A stretch of 50,701 nt of DNA from Steroidobacteraceae bacterium (GCA_044871085.1 JBIOZI010000377.1:1-50701); one strand, 5' to 3'. Positions 18,180 to 28,163 are shown, counted from the first letter of the stretch. Numbers and translations: made by a program. Notes: generated from the sequence alone by a model not told the origin.

Positions 18180-19736
18180 ATGGGAATAGCGCGCGTCGCG
18201 AGCCGCGCGCAGCTCGGGCTCGCCGCGCCGCGCGTCGACGTCGAGGTGCATCTCGGCAGCGGGCTGCCGCAGTTCTCCATCGTCGGCCTGCCTGCGACTG
18301 CAGTTAAGGAGAGCAAAGACCGCGTACGCGCGGCCGTGCAGAACTCCGGCTTCGAATTTCCCGCCGGCCGCATCACCGTGAATCTCTCGCCCGCGGACCT
18401 GCCGAAGGAAGGCTGCCGCTACGACCTGCCCATCGCGCTCGCCATCCTGCTGGCCTCCTCGCAGATCCGAATTCCGGATTCCCTGCTCGAGGGGGCGGAG
18501 TTCTACGGCGAGCTCGGCCTCGCCGGCGAGCTGAAGCCGGTGAAGGGCATGCTGCTCGCCGCCGCGCACGCGGCGCGCGAGGCGCGTTGCGTCGTGGTGC
18601 CGGCCGCGAACGTGTCGGAAGCACGGTTGGCGGCGTGCTCCGTCACGCACGGTGCCGCCACTTTGTTAGCCGTGTGCGGGCTGGCGGACGCCCTGCCTGC
18701 CGACGAAACACCGCCGCTCCCGCCGCGCCTCGCCGGCGCGGGGCCCGATCTCGCCGACGTGCGCGGCCAGGCCGCCGCCAAGCGTGCGCTCATCGTCGCC
18801 GCCGCGGGTGCGCACAGCCTGTTGCTGGTCGGTCCACCGGGCACGGGCAAGAGCATGCTCGCGCAGCGTCTGCCCGGCCTGCTGCCGCGGCTGGCCGACC
18901 ATGAAGCGCTGGAGGTCGCATCGATTTCCTCCGTCAGCACGCGCGGCTTCGATCCACGCAGCTACGGTGTGCGGCCGTTCCGCTCACCGCATCACAGCGC
19001 CTCCGCGGGCGCCATCATCGGCGGAGGTCCGCAGTCGCGGCCCGGCGAAGTCAGCCTCGCGCATCGCGGCGTGCTGTTCCTCGACGAGCTGCCCGAGTTC
19101 AATCGCGCGGTGCTCGAATCCCTGCGCGAGCCGCTCGAGACCGGCGTCGTCGCGGTGTCGCGCGCGGCGCGGCAATTGGAATACCCGGCGCGCTTCCAGC
19201 TCGTCGCCGCCATGAACCCCTGTCCTTGCGGCTACCTCGGCGACACCTCCGGACGCTGCCGCTGCGCGCCGCCGCAGATCGCGCGTTACCGCGCCCGCCT
19301 CTCGGGGCCGCTGCTCGACCGCATCGACCTGCGCGTGGCGGTGCCGAACCTGCCACAGGAGGAACTGCTCGACGACCTTCCCGCGGGAGCCGCCGTCCTC
19401 ACCAGTGCGCAGGCGGCCGAGCGCGTGCGCGCCGCACGCGCGCTGCAGCTGTCCCGCGCGGGCAAGCTCAATTCCGAGCTCACGGGCCCGGAGACCCAGC
19501 GGCACTGCAAGCTCGACCGTCCCTGTCGCGCGTTGATCAATCACGCGCGAGAACGCCTCGGCCTGTCGGCGCGGGGCATCCATCGGGTGCTGCGTGTGGC
19601 GCGCACTATTGTTGATCTGGAAATGGACCTCGAGAAGCTGGAATCGCCGGCCGAGAAACGCGCCGGCCCACAGGATCGCTCCATCGGGCCCGCCCAACTC
19701 GCCGAAGCGCTGCAGCTACGGCGCGTGGTCGATTGA
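18180..19736 (+). CDS. comM: YifB/ComM family Mg-chelatase-like AAA+ ATPase
   Basis: 518 aa. N-terminus is VDVEVHLGSGLPQFSIVGLPATAVKESKDRVRAAV. Walker A is GPPGTGKS. Confidence 0.9.
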   Translation: MGIARVASRAQLGLAAPRVDVEVHLGSGLPQFSIVGLPATAVKESKDRVRAAVQNSGFEFPAGRITVNLSPADLPKEGCRYDLPIALAILLASSQIRIPDSLLEGAEFYGELGLAGELKPVKGMLLAAAHAAREARCVVVPAANVSEARLAACSVTHGAATLLAVCGLADALPADETPPLPPRLAGAGPDLADVRGQAAAKRALIVAAAGAHSLLLVGPPGTGKSMLAQRLPGLLPRLADHEALEVASISSVSTRGFDPRSYGVRPFRSPHHSASAGAIIGGGPQSRPGEVSLAHRGVLFLDELPEFNRAVLESLREPLETGVVAVSRAARQLEYPARFQLVAAMNPCPCGYLGDTSGRCRCAPPQIARYRARLSGPLLDRIDLRVAVPNLPQEELLDDLPAGAAVLTSAQAAERVRAARALQLSRAGKLNSELTGPETQRHCKLDRPCRALINHARERLGLSARGIHRVLRVARTIVDLEMDLEKLESPAEKRAGPQDRSIGPAQLAEALQLRRVVD

Positions 19737-19767
19737 CAGCGGCGTCGCGATCGCGCGCGCAGGTTGC

Positions 19768-19799
19768 AAAAATGAAAACGCCGGGCACGAGGCCCGGCG
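19768..19799 (-). terminator. Rho-independent terminator of the cytochrome c5 gene
   Basis: 8-bp GC stem cgccgggc/gcccggcg with a 5-nt loop. The minus strand then reads TTTTCATTTTT. Confidence 0.7.
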
Positions 19800-19819
19800 C
19801 GGCGCGAAGAAGCCAGGCC

Positions 19820-20332
19820 TTACTGGTTGAGATCGACGATGTGATCGACGGCCAGCTTCACGAGATCGTCCGGCCAGTCCGTGCGGCCGCCCTTCGGTGG
19901 CATGACGCCGGTCTTGCCGTTGAAGCCCTTGAGTGCATGCTGATACAGCGTGTCCTTGCCCTGCGCGATGCGCGGGCCCCACGCGGCCTTGTCCCCGACC
20001 TTGGGAGCGCCCGCGATGCCGGCGCCGTGGCAGGCGATGCAGGCGGTTTCGTATGCCGCCGCGCCATCGGCGGGCAGGGCGGCCGCGGCGGTCGGAGGCG
20101 CGGTGCTTTCGATGGTGAGCTTGGAGTTGTCCTGGCCTGCCACCGCGACGCTGGCCACCGGCTTCAGGCGTTCATCGACGCTGGCCATGTAGCGCGGATC
20201 GGTCTTGACCTGTTTGCCCTGATGTTCGGCGCCGACGTGGCGGGCGAACGCGAACAAGCCGATGGTCACGGCAAACAAGATGCCGAGAACGAGGCTGAAA
20301 TTGTTGAAGAAATGCGAGTCCTGCTTGCTCAT
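19820..20332 (-). CDS. membrane-anchored cytochrome c5 family protein
   Basis: Trimmed to MSKQDSHFFNNFSLVLGILFAV... (ATG 20330-20332). It has a single CIACH heme site. Confidence 0.8.
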   Translation of the reverse strand: MSKQDSHFFNNFSLVLGILFAVTIGLFAFARHVGAEHQGKQVKTDPRYMASVDERLKPVASVAVAGQDNSKLTIESTAPPTAAAALPADGAAAYETACIACHGAGIAGAPKVGDKAAWGPRIAQGKDTLYQHALKGFNGKTGVMPPKGGRTDWPDDLVKLAVDHIVDLNQ

Positions 20333-20369
20333 GGGCGCGGAGTATATCTGTAGGTGTCTGCGAAGTAAT

Positions 20370-20446
20370 TGGCGCGCCCGATTGGATTCGAACCAACGAC
20401 CTGCAGCTTCGGAGGCTGCCACTCTATCCAGCTGAGCTACGGGCGC
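20370..20446 (-). tRNA. tRNA-Arg (anticodon CCG)
   Basis: Hand-folded cloverleaf. Acceptor stem is GCGCCCG/CGGGCGC, anticodon stem is GCAGC/GCTGC with loop CTCCGAA, and the T-arm is GTTGG-TTCGAAT-CCAAT. The 3' CCA is encoded. Confidence 0.9.
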
Positions 20447-20469
20447 GCGGAAGTGCGAATTCTAGCCGT

Positions 20470-21444
20470 TCAGAGCCAGCCTTTCCGCTTGAAAAAGACG
20501 AACGGGCCGATCGCGGAGACCAGCATGACCCCCATGGCGGCCCAGAAGCCCCAGGACTCGTGCAACCAGGGCATCTTCGAGAAATTCATGCCGAAAACCG
20601 CCCCGATCACCGACGGCGGCAGCAGGAAGACCGTCACGACCGAGAAGATCTTGAGGATGTTGTTCTGGTCGATGTTGATGAGCCCGAGCGTGGCGTCGAG
20701 GATGAAAGATACCTTTGTCCCCAGGAACGAGGCGTGGTCGCTCATCGCGGTCACGTCGCGCGTCAGCGTCCGGAAGCGCGCCCGCACTTCCTGGGACATG
20801 GGCACTGCCGTGCTCTGCTGCACGAACGTCAACAGGCGGCTGAGGCTCACCAGGCTCTCGCGCGCCTTCGATATGAGCTCGCCGTTCTGGCCCAGGCGCT
20901 CGAGCACCTTGCGGAAATCGCGCATCACCCCACGCTTGCGGCGCGAAGCGCTGAACACCTCGACCGAGGCCCCGTCGAGATCGGTGGCGACGCGCTCGAT
21001 GACGTCGGCGACGCGATTGATGATGGATTCCACGAGACCCGCGAGCACCGCCGGCGGCGTGTTGCACGACGCCGGGTGGCGCTCCGCGTAGGCGATGAAG
21101 CGCCGGAACGGCAGCGGGTCGACATAACGGTTCGTGACCAGTTTGACGGCCGAGAGGATGAAGGTGATTTGCGTGCTCTCGGGCAGGTCCGAATCGAGCT
21201 TGGTCACGACGGTGGCCGTCATGTACAGCGAGCCGCCTTCCTCGTAGAGCCGGTTCGACGCTTCGATCTCGCGCATCTCGTCGCGCGTGGGCACGTCGAT
21301 CGACAGGAAGCTCTCGACCTGTTTTTCCTCGCCGGGAGTGGGCTCGAGCAGGTCGAGCCAGATGGATTCCCCCGGGATCGCGGCGCCGGAGCGCAACTCG
21401 AATCGCGCGAGGCCCTGCGGCTGTGGGACGAACGCGCTGAGCAT
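20470..21444 (-). CDS. corA: magnesium/cobalt transporter CorA
   Basis: 324 aa with C-terminal ...GAVFGMNFSKMPW... (GMN motif) and two TM helices. Confidence 0.9.
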   Translation of the reverse strand: MLSAFVPQPQGLARFELRSGAAIPGESIWLDLLEPTPGEEKQVESFLSIDVPTRDEMREIEASNRLYEEGGSLYMTATVVTKLDSDLPESTQITFILSAVKLVTNRYVDPLPFRRFIAYAERHPASCNTPPAVLAGLVESIINRVADVIERVATDLDGASVEVFSASRRKRGVMRDFRKVLERLGQNGELISKARESLVSLSRLLTFVQQSTAVPMSQEVRARFRTLTRDVTAMSDHASFLGTKVSFILDATLGLINIDQNNILKIFSVVTVFLLPPSVIGAVFGMNFSKMPWLHESWGFWAAMGVMLVSAIGPFVFFKRKGWL

Positions 21445-21485
21445 GTTCGAAGAGTCGCAGCCCGCCCGCGGCGTGCCGAAGCCGG

Positions 21486-22166
21486 CTAGCGGCCCTTCTC
21501 GCTGGCCGCGAGATCGTTGATGAGCGACAGCAGCTCTTCGGTCGAGCCCGCCATGCCGACGGCCGTCTGGTACCTGCCGTTGACGAAGATCAGCGGGACG
21601 CTCGCCACGGCGTAGCGTTGCGAGAGATCATCCGCGCGCGTGACGCTCGCGGCGACCGGCATGGAATCGTAGGCCCGGTTGAAGTCGGCCTCGGTGACGC
21701 CTTGATCCTTGAAGAATGCGAGATGCTGTGCACGGGCTTCCGCGTCGGAGGCCGCGGCCAGCGGCTTGCCCAGCTTGTGGATGGCGTCGAAGATCTTCGA
21801 ATGCAGCTCCGGCTTCTTGAGCTCGAGCATGGTGTAGTAGAGCTTCGCATGCTGGCGGTGCTGCGGACCCCAGACGACCGGGATGCGTACGAATTCGACG
21901 TACGGCGCCTTGGAGGCCTTCCACACCTCGAGTGACGGATCGAGCGCGTAGCAATGGCCGCAGCCGTACCAGAAGAATTCGACCACCTCGACCTTGCCCT
22001 TCTCGACGCGCGTGGGCTGCGGCTCCTCGAGCAGCATGTAGTTAGTGCCGGACGACCATTTCTCGAGCGGCGAGCCCGGCTTGTCCTCGGCGCAGGCGTT
22101 CAGCGACAGCGCGCCCGCGACGATGGCGAGCGCGAGCATGGCGGTGGAATGGCTCGCTCGGTTCAT
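21486..22166 (-). CDS. dsbA: thiol:disulfide interchange protein DsbA
   Basis: Signal peptide and the FFWYGCGHCYALDP active site. Confidence 0.85.
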   Translation of the reverse strand: MNRASHSTAMLALAIVAGALSLNACAEDKPGSPLEKWSSGTNYMLLEEPQPTRVEKGKVEVVEFFWYGCGHCYALDPSLEVWKASKAPYVEFVRIPVVWGPQHRQHAKLYYTMLELKKPELHSKIFDAIHKLGKPLAAASDAEARAQHLAFFKDQGVTEADFNRAYDSMPVAASVTRADDLSQRYAVASVPLIFVNGRYQTAVGMAGSTEELLSLINDLAASEKGR

Positions 22167-22194
22167 TGGTATTCGGCTCCGGCCGTGCGTGCGA

Positions 22195-22863
22195 TCAGCG
22201 CAGGCCCTGCAGGTATGAAGCGACGTTGCGGATGTCCTCGGGTGTCAGCCGCGCCGCGATGGTGGTCATCATCACGCTGTTGCGCGTGGCGTGGACCGTC
22301 GCCGGGTTGGCCGGATCACGGTAGCGATTCCGCGTGAGGTAATCCTGAAGCTGTTTCACGGTGTAGACGGAATGCTGGGCGCGCAGCGCCGGATAGCCCG
22401 ACGCCGGATTGCCCTGGCCCGCGGGGCCGTGGCACGCGGTGCAGGCGGGAATGCTGCGCGCCGGATCGCCGGACCGGTACAGCGCTTCGCCGGCCTTCCA
22501 ATAGGAAGGGTCGGCCTCGAGGCCCGCCGGAGTCTGCCGCGAGAAGAATTCTGCGACGTCGGCAAAATCCTGCTCGGTGAGCGGCGTGACGATGGGCTCC
22601 ATGATCGGATTGTTCCGGTGCTTCGACTTGAACATCGCGAGCTGCTCACGCAGGTACGCGGCGTTTTGTCCGGCGAGGTTCGGCCACTCAGGATTCGCGC
22701 TGTTGCCGTTCACGCCGTGGCAGGCGGTACATACGGCTGCTTTCGTCGCGCCGGCGTCGGCGGATCCTTTTACCGCCTCGTCGGCGGCGGCGCTGTTGGC
22801 CAGCCCCAGGGCCGCGCACGCCAGCAGGGCGGCGAACGGTGAAGAAAATCTGCTTTCAATCAT
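22195..22863 (-). CDS. di-heme cytochrome c4
   Basis: Track ORF trimmed to MIESRFSSPFAALLACAALGLANSAAA (ATG 22861-22863). It has two CTACHG heme motifs. Confidence 0.85.
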   Translation of the reverse strand: MIESRFSSPFAALLACAALGLANSAAADEAVKGSADAGATKAAVCTACHGVNGNSANPEWPNLAGQNAAYLREQLAMFKSKHRNNPIMEPIVTPLTEQDFADVAEFFSRQTPAGLEADPSYWKAGEALYRSGDPARSIPACTACHGPAGQGNPASGYPALRAQHSVYTVKQLQDYLTRNRYRDPANPATVHATRNSVMMTTIAARLTPEDIRNVASYLQGLR

Positions 22864-22959
22864 GGTCTTGCGGGCTCCCTGAGAGGCCGCGAATTGTACA
22901 CTACGGGATATTGCCCGCGTGCAGCAGAGCGCCACAGATCTGATGAGCCCGATTTCAAG

Positions 22960-23541
22960 ATGAGCCTGTTCCCCAGCGTGCGCTTTCTGCTCTCGGTGGC
23001 GAGCATCGAGCAGTTTCCCGAGGACTCCGGGCGTGAAGTCGCGTTCGCCGGCCGGTCGAACTCGGGCAAGTCGAGCGCCATCAATGCGACGCTGGCCCGC
23101 AACGGGCTCGCGCGGACTAGCAAGACGCCGGGCCGCACGCGGCTGCTCAACTTCTTCGAGATCGAGCCCGGCCAGCGCATCATCGACCTGCCGGGCTATG
23201 GCTACGCCGAGGCATCGCCGGTCGAGAAAAAGCAGTGGATCGGCCTCATCGAAGCCCTGCCGATGCGGAGCAGTCTCGTCGGCCTGTTCCTCATCGTGGA
23301 CATCCGTCGCGGCATCGCGGACCAGGACCGGCAGCTGTTCGAGTGGGCGCAGTCCGCCGGATGGCAGGTACACGTATTGCTTGCGAAGTCCGACAAGCTG
23401 AATCAAAGAGAGCGCGCGGCCGCGCTGGCAGCGGCCCGCGAGGAGCTCCACGCGGACATGACCGTGCAGCTTTTCTCGGCCCACGACAGGACCGGCATTC
23501 AGCCCGCCCAGAAGCGGCTGATCCAGATGCTGACCGAGTGA
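22960..23541 (+). CDS. engB: ribosome biogenesis GTP-binding protein EngB/YihA
   Basis: MSLFPSVRFLLSVASIEQFPEDSGREVAFAGRSNSGKSSAIN (G1 motif). It is divergent from cytochrome c4. Confidence 0.9.
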   Translation: MSLFPSVRFLLSVASIEQFPEDSGREVAFAGRSNSGKSSAINATLARNGLARTSKTPGRTRLLNFFEIEPGQRIIDLPGYGYAEASPVEKKQWIGLIEALPMRSSLVGLFLIVDIRRGIADQDRQLFEWAQSAGWQVHVLLAKSDKLNQRERAAALAAAREELHADMTVQLFSAHDRTGIQPAQKRLIQMLTE

Positions 23542-23620
23542 AGGATTGGCAGCCATGGAATGCGCTGCATTCCACGTACGCCGCCGCTTCGGCGACGATT
23601 AAAAGTGGCGCTTGCGCCTG

Positions 23621-23654
23621 AAAAAGAAAGCCCCGGTGGAATGAACCACCGGGG
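23621..23654 (-). terminator. Rho-independent terminator, about 175 nt downstream of the OMP gene
   Basis: 9-bp stem ccccggtgg/ccaccgggg with a 6-nt loop. The minus strand continues CTTTCTTTTT. Confidence 0.65.
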
Positions 23655-23828
23655 CCAGACTAACCCGGCACAGGTCTCGTGAACCGGGTCACCCGCTCAG
23701 GGAGGGAAGCGGGGAGTGGTTTTACCCACTCGGATAATGAGACATGCGAGACCTGGCAAAGGTTCCAAAAATTCTCAAAAAGATTGGTCGTAAATCATGT
23801 GGTTACGATGCGACCTGTGGCGTCGGTG

Positions 23829-24380
23829 CTACAGGAATGTGTACGTGAAGCTCACCGACACGGTCTTGACGTCGACGTCCAGCGCGTCAAACAGCTCGGC
23901 GGAAAACTGCTCGTACTCCGCACGGACACCAAGGCTTCCGAAGTGAAGTCCGATTCCAGCGCCGAATGTTGGTTCCCACCCATCATCCGAGACGCTGCCG
24001 GGGCCGCCGCCTGAGACGTCGATGTCCGTTTTCCAGTTGGCAAATCCGGCCCGCGCATACAGGTCTACGACCTGGAATTCCTTGATGAACAGCGCCGAGG
24101 CGGTAAACGCACGGGCTTCGATGCTGTCGCCATCGGCCTCGTCATCACCGAGATCGATGTAGTTGGCCTCGACCGCCAGCCAGTCGAGCGGTCGAAAGCC
24201 CGCGATGACCTTGAAGCTGTTGTCGTCGAGATTGCCATCGCCAAAATCATCGAATTGAAACTCGGAATCGGTGATGCCGGCGCCGATGTAGAAGCCGTTG
24301 TCGGCGGCTTCGGCCTGCGGTGCGGCGGCGAGTAGTGAGAACGTGCCGAGCACTGCGAGCGCGGCAAACTTCGTGTTCAT
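23829..24380 (-). CDS. small outer-membrane beta-barrel (porin-family/OmpW-OmpX-like) protein
   Basis: AAGGAGAGG SD. Signal peptide ends AEA. Alternating beta pattern. C-terminal ...VSVSFTYTFL. Confidence 0.7.
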   Translation of the reverse strand: MNTKFAALAVLGTFSLLAAAPQAEAADNGFYIGAGITDSEFQFDDFGDGNLDDNSFKVIAGFRPLDWLAVEANYIDLGDDEADGDSIEARAFTASALFIKEFQVVDLYARAGFANWKTDIDVSGGGPGSVSDDGWEPTFGAGIGLHFGSLGVRAEYEQFSAELFDALDVDVKTVSVSFTYTFL

Positions 24381-24584
24381 GGTGTGAGACCTCTCCTTCG
24401 GTTGGAAGCCAGATTAGAGTGGGGGAACCCTTAACAATTCCTGAATCGAACGCGAAATTGTGACGCGTCGCTCGTTTGCGGGCAGCGGACCGTGACCGGT
24501 AGCGGAGGATGAGCCCCGCGGTATCGGATGTTAGGTTCCAACTAGTGCGTTGACCAGGGTGAGCCCAACTACCCCCGAACCGGT

Positions 24585-27359
24585 CTAGTGGGCCTCGTCC
24601 CAGTTGGCGCCGGTGCCCACGTCCACCTTGAGCGGCACGCGCAGTTGCGCCGCCGACATCATGTGGTCGCGCACCGCATCGGACACCGCGGCCACGCGGT
24701 CGGCCCGAACCTCGAGCACCAGCTCGTCGTGCACCTGCATGATGAGCCGCGCGCCGGCGTCCTCGGTGCACATCCGGTCGACGGAGATCATCGCGCGCTT
24801 GATGATGTCCGCCGCGGTGCCCTGCATGGGCGCGTTGATGGCGGCGCGTTCGGCGGCCTGCTGGAACTGCTTGTTGCGCGCGTTGATGTCCGGTAGATAG
24901 AGCCGGCGCCCGAACACGGTCTCGACGTAGCCGCGCTCCTTGGCCGCGGCGCGCGTCTCCTCCATGTAGCGCCGCACGCCCGGGTAGCGCGCGAAGTACA
25001 GGTCGATGTACTCCTGCGCCGCACCGCGCGGTATGCCGAGCTGCGCCGCGAGGCCGAAGGCGCTCATGCCGTAGATGAGGCCGAAGTTGATCGCCTTCGC
25101 CGAACGGCGCTGGTCGGCCGTCACCGTGTCGAGCGTCGCGCCGAACACCTCGGCCGCGGTCGCCTGGTGGATGTCGAGGTCGGCGGCGAACGCCGCCAGC
25201 AGCCCGGCGTCGCCGGAGAGGTGCGCCATGATGCGCAGCTCGATCTGCGAGTAATCCGCGGCCAGCAGCACGTGACCCGGCGGCGCGACGAACGCCTGGC
25301 GGATGCGCCGGCCTTCCGGCGTGCGGATCGGGATGTTCTGCAGGTTCGGGTCCTGCGACGACAGGCGCCCGGTCGCCGCCACCGCCTGGTGGTAGCAGGT
25401 GTGCACGCGGCCGGTCTTCTGGTTGATCTGCTCGGGTAGTTTGTCGGTGTAGGTGGACTTGAGCTTGGAGAGATTGCGGTGCTCGAGGATCAGCTTCGGC
25501 AGCGCGTAGCTCTCGGCGAGCTCCTCGAGCACGTCCTCGGCCGTCGACGGCTGGCCGGTGGGCGTCTTGCGCACCACCGGCAGGTTCATCTTCTCGAACA
25601 GGATGGTGCCGAGCTGCTTGGGCGAGTCGAGGTTGAACGGCGCCCCGGCTTCCTTGTGCGCCGCGGCCAGCACCTCCATGAGGCGCTTCGCCAGCTCGTG
25701 GCTCTGCTTGCGCAGCATCTCGCGATCGAGCAGCACGCCGTGCTCCTCCATGCGCGTGAGCACCGGCACGAGCGGCTGCTCGATGTCTTCGTAGAGCTTG
25801 CGCAGCGGCTCGTGCGCCGCGATCTGCGGCCACAGCACCTGGTGCAGGCGCAGCGTGACGTCGGAATCCTCGGCGGAATACTCCGCCGCCTTGTCGACCG
25901 GAACCTGGCTGAAGGAGATCTGTTTGGCGCCCTTGCCCGCGACGTCCTCGTAATGGATGGTGCGGATGCCGAGATAGCGTTCGGCGGCGGAATCCATGTC
26001 GTGCCGCAGGACGCTGTTCCACACGTACGACTCGAGCATGGAGTCGAAGCGCATGCCCTGCAGGCGGATGCCGTGGTTCGCGAGCACGTGCGCGTCGTAC
26101 TTGAGGTGGTGCCCCACCTTGGCGTGCTCCGTGGACTCCAGCAGCGGCTTGAGCCGCGCGAGGCTGGCCTCGCGGTCGAGCTGGTCGGGTGCGCCGGCGT
26201 AATCGTGCTTCAGGGGTAGATAGGCCGCGATGCCGGGCGCGACGGCGAAGGACACGCCGACGATCTCCGCCTTCATGTACTCGAGGCTGGTGGTCTCCGT
26301 ATCCACCGCGAACAGCGGCGCGGCCGCGAGCTTCGCCAGCCAATCGGTGAGCTGCGCCTCGCTGACGATGGTGTCGTAGTGGCGCGCGGCCGCGGCGATG
26401 ACCTGCGCGGCCTCGCTCACGCCCGCGGCGGCGGGCACGCCCGCGATGGGGGTCTGACCGCTCGCGGGCGGCGCATCCGGCGTGGTCGCCTCGCCGGCCG
26501 GCGCGCTCCCGTCGAGCTGGCGCAGCAGCGTGCGCAGCTCGAGGCGGGTGTACAGCGCGCGCAGGGCGGCGGTATCGGGCGCCTGCCGCGCCAGGCCGTC
26601 GAGCGACACCGGCAGCGTGAGATCGGTGCGGATGGTGGCGAGCTTGCGGGCCAGCTCGAGCGTGCCGAGCCCGGCGCGCAGGTTCTCGCCGACCTTGCCG
26701 CCGACGTTCGCGGCGTCGGCCACCAGCTTGTCGAGCGTCGAATACTGGCCTAACCACTTCGCCGCGGTCTTCGGGCCCACCTTGTCTATGCCCGGGATGT
26801 TGTCCGAGCTGTCGCCCACCAGCGCGAGGTAGTCGATGATCTGCTCGGGATAGACGTCGAACTTGGTCTTGACGCCGGCCCGATCGAGCACCGTTCCGCT
26901 CATCGTGTTGATGAGGGTAATCAGCGGCGAGACGAGCTGCGCCATGTCCTTGTCGCCGGTGGAGATGAGCACGGAGAGATTCTGGCGCGCGGCCTGGCAG
27001 GCCAGCGTGCCGATGACGTCATCGGCTTCGACTCCGGTCTCGCGCAGGATCGGCAGGCCCATGCCCTTCACCGCCTCGAACAACGGCTCGATCTGCGCGC
27101 GCAGGTCGTCGGGCATCGGCGGACGATGCGCCTTGTATTCGGCGAACAGGTCGTCGCGAAAGGTCTTGCCCGCGGCGTCGAACACCACCGCGATGCGCGC
27201 CGGGTCGTAGTCCTTGAGGAACTTCGCGAGCATGTTGAGCACACCGAGCACGGCGCCCGTGGGCTCGCCGCGCGAGGTGGTGAACGGCGGCAGCGCGTGG
27301 AACGCGCGATACAGGTAGGACGAGCCGTCGACGAGGACGAGATCCGGACGCTGGTTCAT
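24585..27359 (-). CDS. polA: DNA polymerase I
   Basis: 924 aa with a 5' nuclease N-terminus and the polymerase motifs DYSQIELR, RRSAKAINFGLIYG and QVHDELV. Confidence 0.97.
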   Translation of the reverse strand: MNQRPDLVLVDGSSYLYRAFHALPPFTTSRGEPTGAVLGVLNMLAKFLKDYDPARIAVVFDAAGKTFRDDLFAEYKAHRPPMPDDLRAQIEPLFEAVKGMGLPILRETGVEADDVIGTLACQAARQNLSVLISTGDKDMAQLVSPLITLINTMSGTVLDRAGVKTKFDVYPEQIIDYLALVGDSSDNIPGIDKVGPKTAAKWLGQYSTLDKLVADAANVGGKVGENLRAGLGTLELARKLATIRTDLTLPVSLDGLARQAPDTAALRALYTRLELRTLLRQLDGSAPAGEATTPDAPPASGQTPIAGVPAAAGVSEAAQVIAAAARHYDTIVSEAQLTDWLAKLAAAPLFAVDTETTSLEYMKAEIVGVSFAVAPGIAAYLPLKHDYAGAPDQLDREASLARLKPLLESTEHAKVGHHLKYDAHVLANHGIRLQGMRFDSMLESYVWNSVLRHDMDSAAERYLGIRTIHYEDVAGKGAKQISFSQVPVDKAAEYSAEDSDVTLRLHQVLWPQIAAHEPLRKLYEDIEQPLVPVLTRMEEHGVLLDREMLRKQSHELAKRLMEVLAAAHKEAGAPFNLDSPKQLGTILFEKMNLPVVRKTPTGQPSTAEDVLEELAESYALPKLILEHRNLSKLKSTYTDKLPEQINQKTGRVHTCYHQAVAATGRLSSQDPNLQNIPIRTPEGRRIRQAFVAPPGHVLLAADYSQIELRIMAHLSGDAGLLAAFAADLDIHQATAAEVFGATLDTVTADQRRSAKAINFGLIYGMSAFGLAAQLGIPRGAAQEYIDLYFARYPGVRRYMEETRAAAKERGYVETVFGRRLYLPDINARNKQFQQAAERAAINAPMQGTAADIIKRAMISVDRMCTEDAGARLIMQVHDELVLEVRADRVAAVSDAVRDHMMSAAQLRVPLKVDVGTGANWDEAH

Positions 27360-27369
27360 CGCTGGCCGT

Positions 27370-27693
27370 TCACTGCTGCGGGCGCGGTGGCGCGCCGTTT
27401 TTCTTGTCGGGTTTGCGCTGATCCTGTTCCGTTCCCTGCGGCGCCGTCACTTCGGGCGCCGGAGACGGCGGTTGCGGCGGGGAATCGACCGTGGTCGGCG
27501 AGCTGTTGCCCGCGGCGTCGTCGCCGGCCGGCGGCGGCGCGCCGGCCGGGCGCGTGACCACCGTGCCCTGCCGCGAATCGGGTAGATAGAGCCCGCCGGT
27601 CTGCCCGCAGGCGGCCAGCAGCGCGGCCGAGGCCGTGAGCAGGATCCGGAGCGCCGCGGATGCGGCGGAAAACTTGCGCATGTTCATGTTCAT
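27370..27693 (-). CDS. lptM: LptM (YifL)-like small lipoprotein
   Basis: Trimmed to MNMNMRKFSAASAALRILLTASAALLAACGQTGGLYLPD (lipobox plus the GxLYLP motif), followed by a Pro-rich tail. Its ATG overlaps the thioesterase stop (ATGA). Confidence 0.6.
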   Translation of the reverse strand: MNMNMRKFSAASAALRILLTASAALLAACGQTGGLYLPDSRQGTVVTRPAGAPPPAGDDAAGNSSPTTVDSPPQPPSPAPEVTAPQGTEQDQRKPDKKNGAPPRPQQ

Positions 27694-28163
27694 TTCCAGG
27701 ATGTCTTGTCGTCGGTGCGCGGCCGCCAGTCGACCACCGCGATGGTCAGACGCGAGACGCACACCAGTCGTTCCGCGGGATCGCGTATTTCGATGCTCCA
27801 GACCTGGCTGCGCGCGCCGATGTGGAACGGCCGTGCCGTGCCGGTGACCAGGCCCTCCGCAACCGGACGCAGGTGGTTCGCGTTGATCTCCTGCCCGAGG
27901 CAGCGGAACTTCGCGCGGTCCACCACGAAATTCGCCGCGACGCTGCCCAGCGTCTCCGCCAGCACCAGCGACGCGCCGCCGTGCAGGTAGCCCATGGGCT
28001 GGCGCGTGCGCGGCTCGACCGGCATCGTGCCGCGCAGGTAGTCGTCGCCCCATTCGGTGAACTCGATGCCGAGGTGCGGCGCGAGCAGGCCCTGCTGGCT
28101 CGCGCGCGCATCCTCCAAAGTGGGGCCGGTTGGAGCGGCCGGATTGGCGAACCAGATGGCCAT
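27690..28163 (-). CDS. PaaI-family hotdog-fold thioesterase
   Basis: Trimmed to MAIWFANP... (ATG 28161-28163). Contains ...PMGYLHGGASLVLAETLGS... Confidence 0.8.
   Translation of the reverse strand: MAIWFANPAAPTGPTLEDARASQQGLLAPHLGIEFTEWGDDYLRGTMPVEPRTRQPMGYLHGGASLVLAETLGSVAANFVVDRAKFRCLGQEINANHLRPVAEGLVTGTARPFHIGARSQVWSIEIRDPAERLVCVSRLTIAVVDWRPRTDDKTSWK

Noticed and set aside
20370-20446. tRNA-Arg as a genomic-island integration site.
   Set aside because: Both flanks are housekeeping genes (cytochrome c5, corA). There is no integrase, no partial tRNA duplicate and no composition shift that I can see.
23555-23573. Hairpin tggaatgc-gct-gcattcca just after engB as its terminator.
   Set aside because: There is no U-tract and the position is only approximate. 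The convincing terminator in this spacer is oriented for the opposite strand.
24381-24584. Sigma-70 promoter guess (TTGTTA ... TAATCT) and the GACGCGTC palindrome upstream of the OMP gene.
   Set aside because: The spacing is suboptimal (about 15 nt) and hexamer matches are too weak to call by eye without a transcription start.
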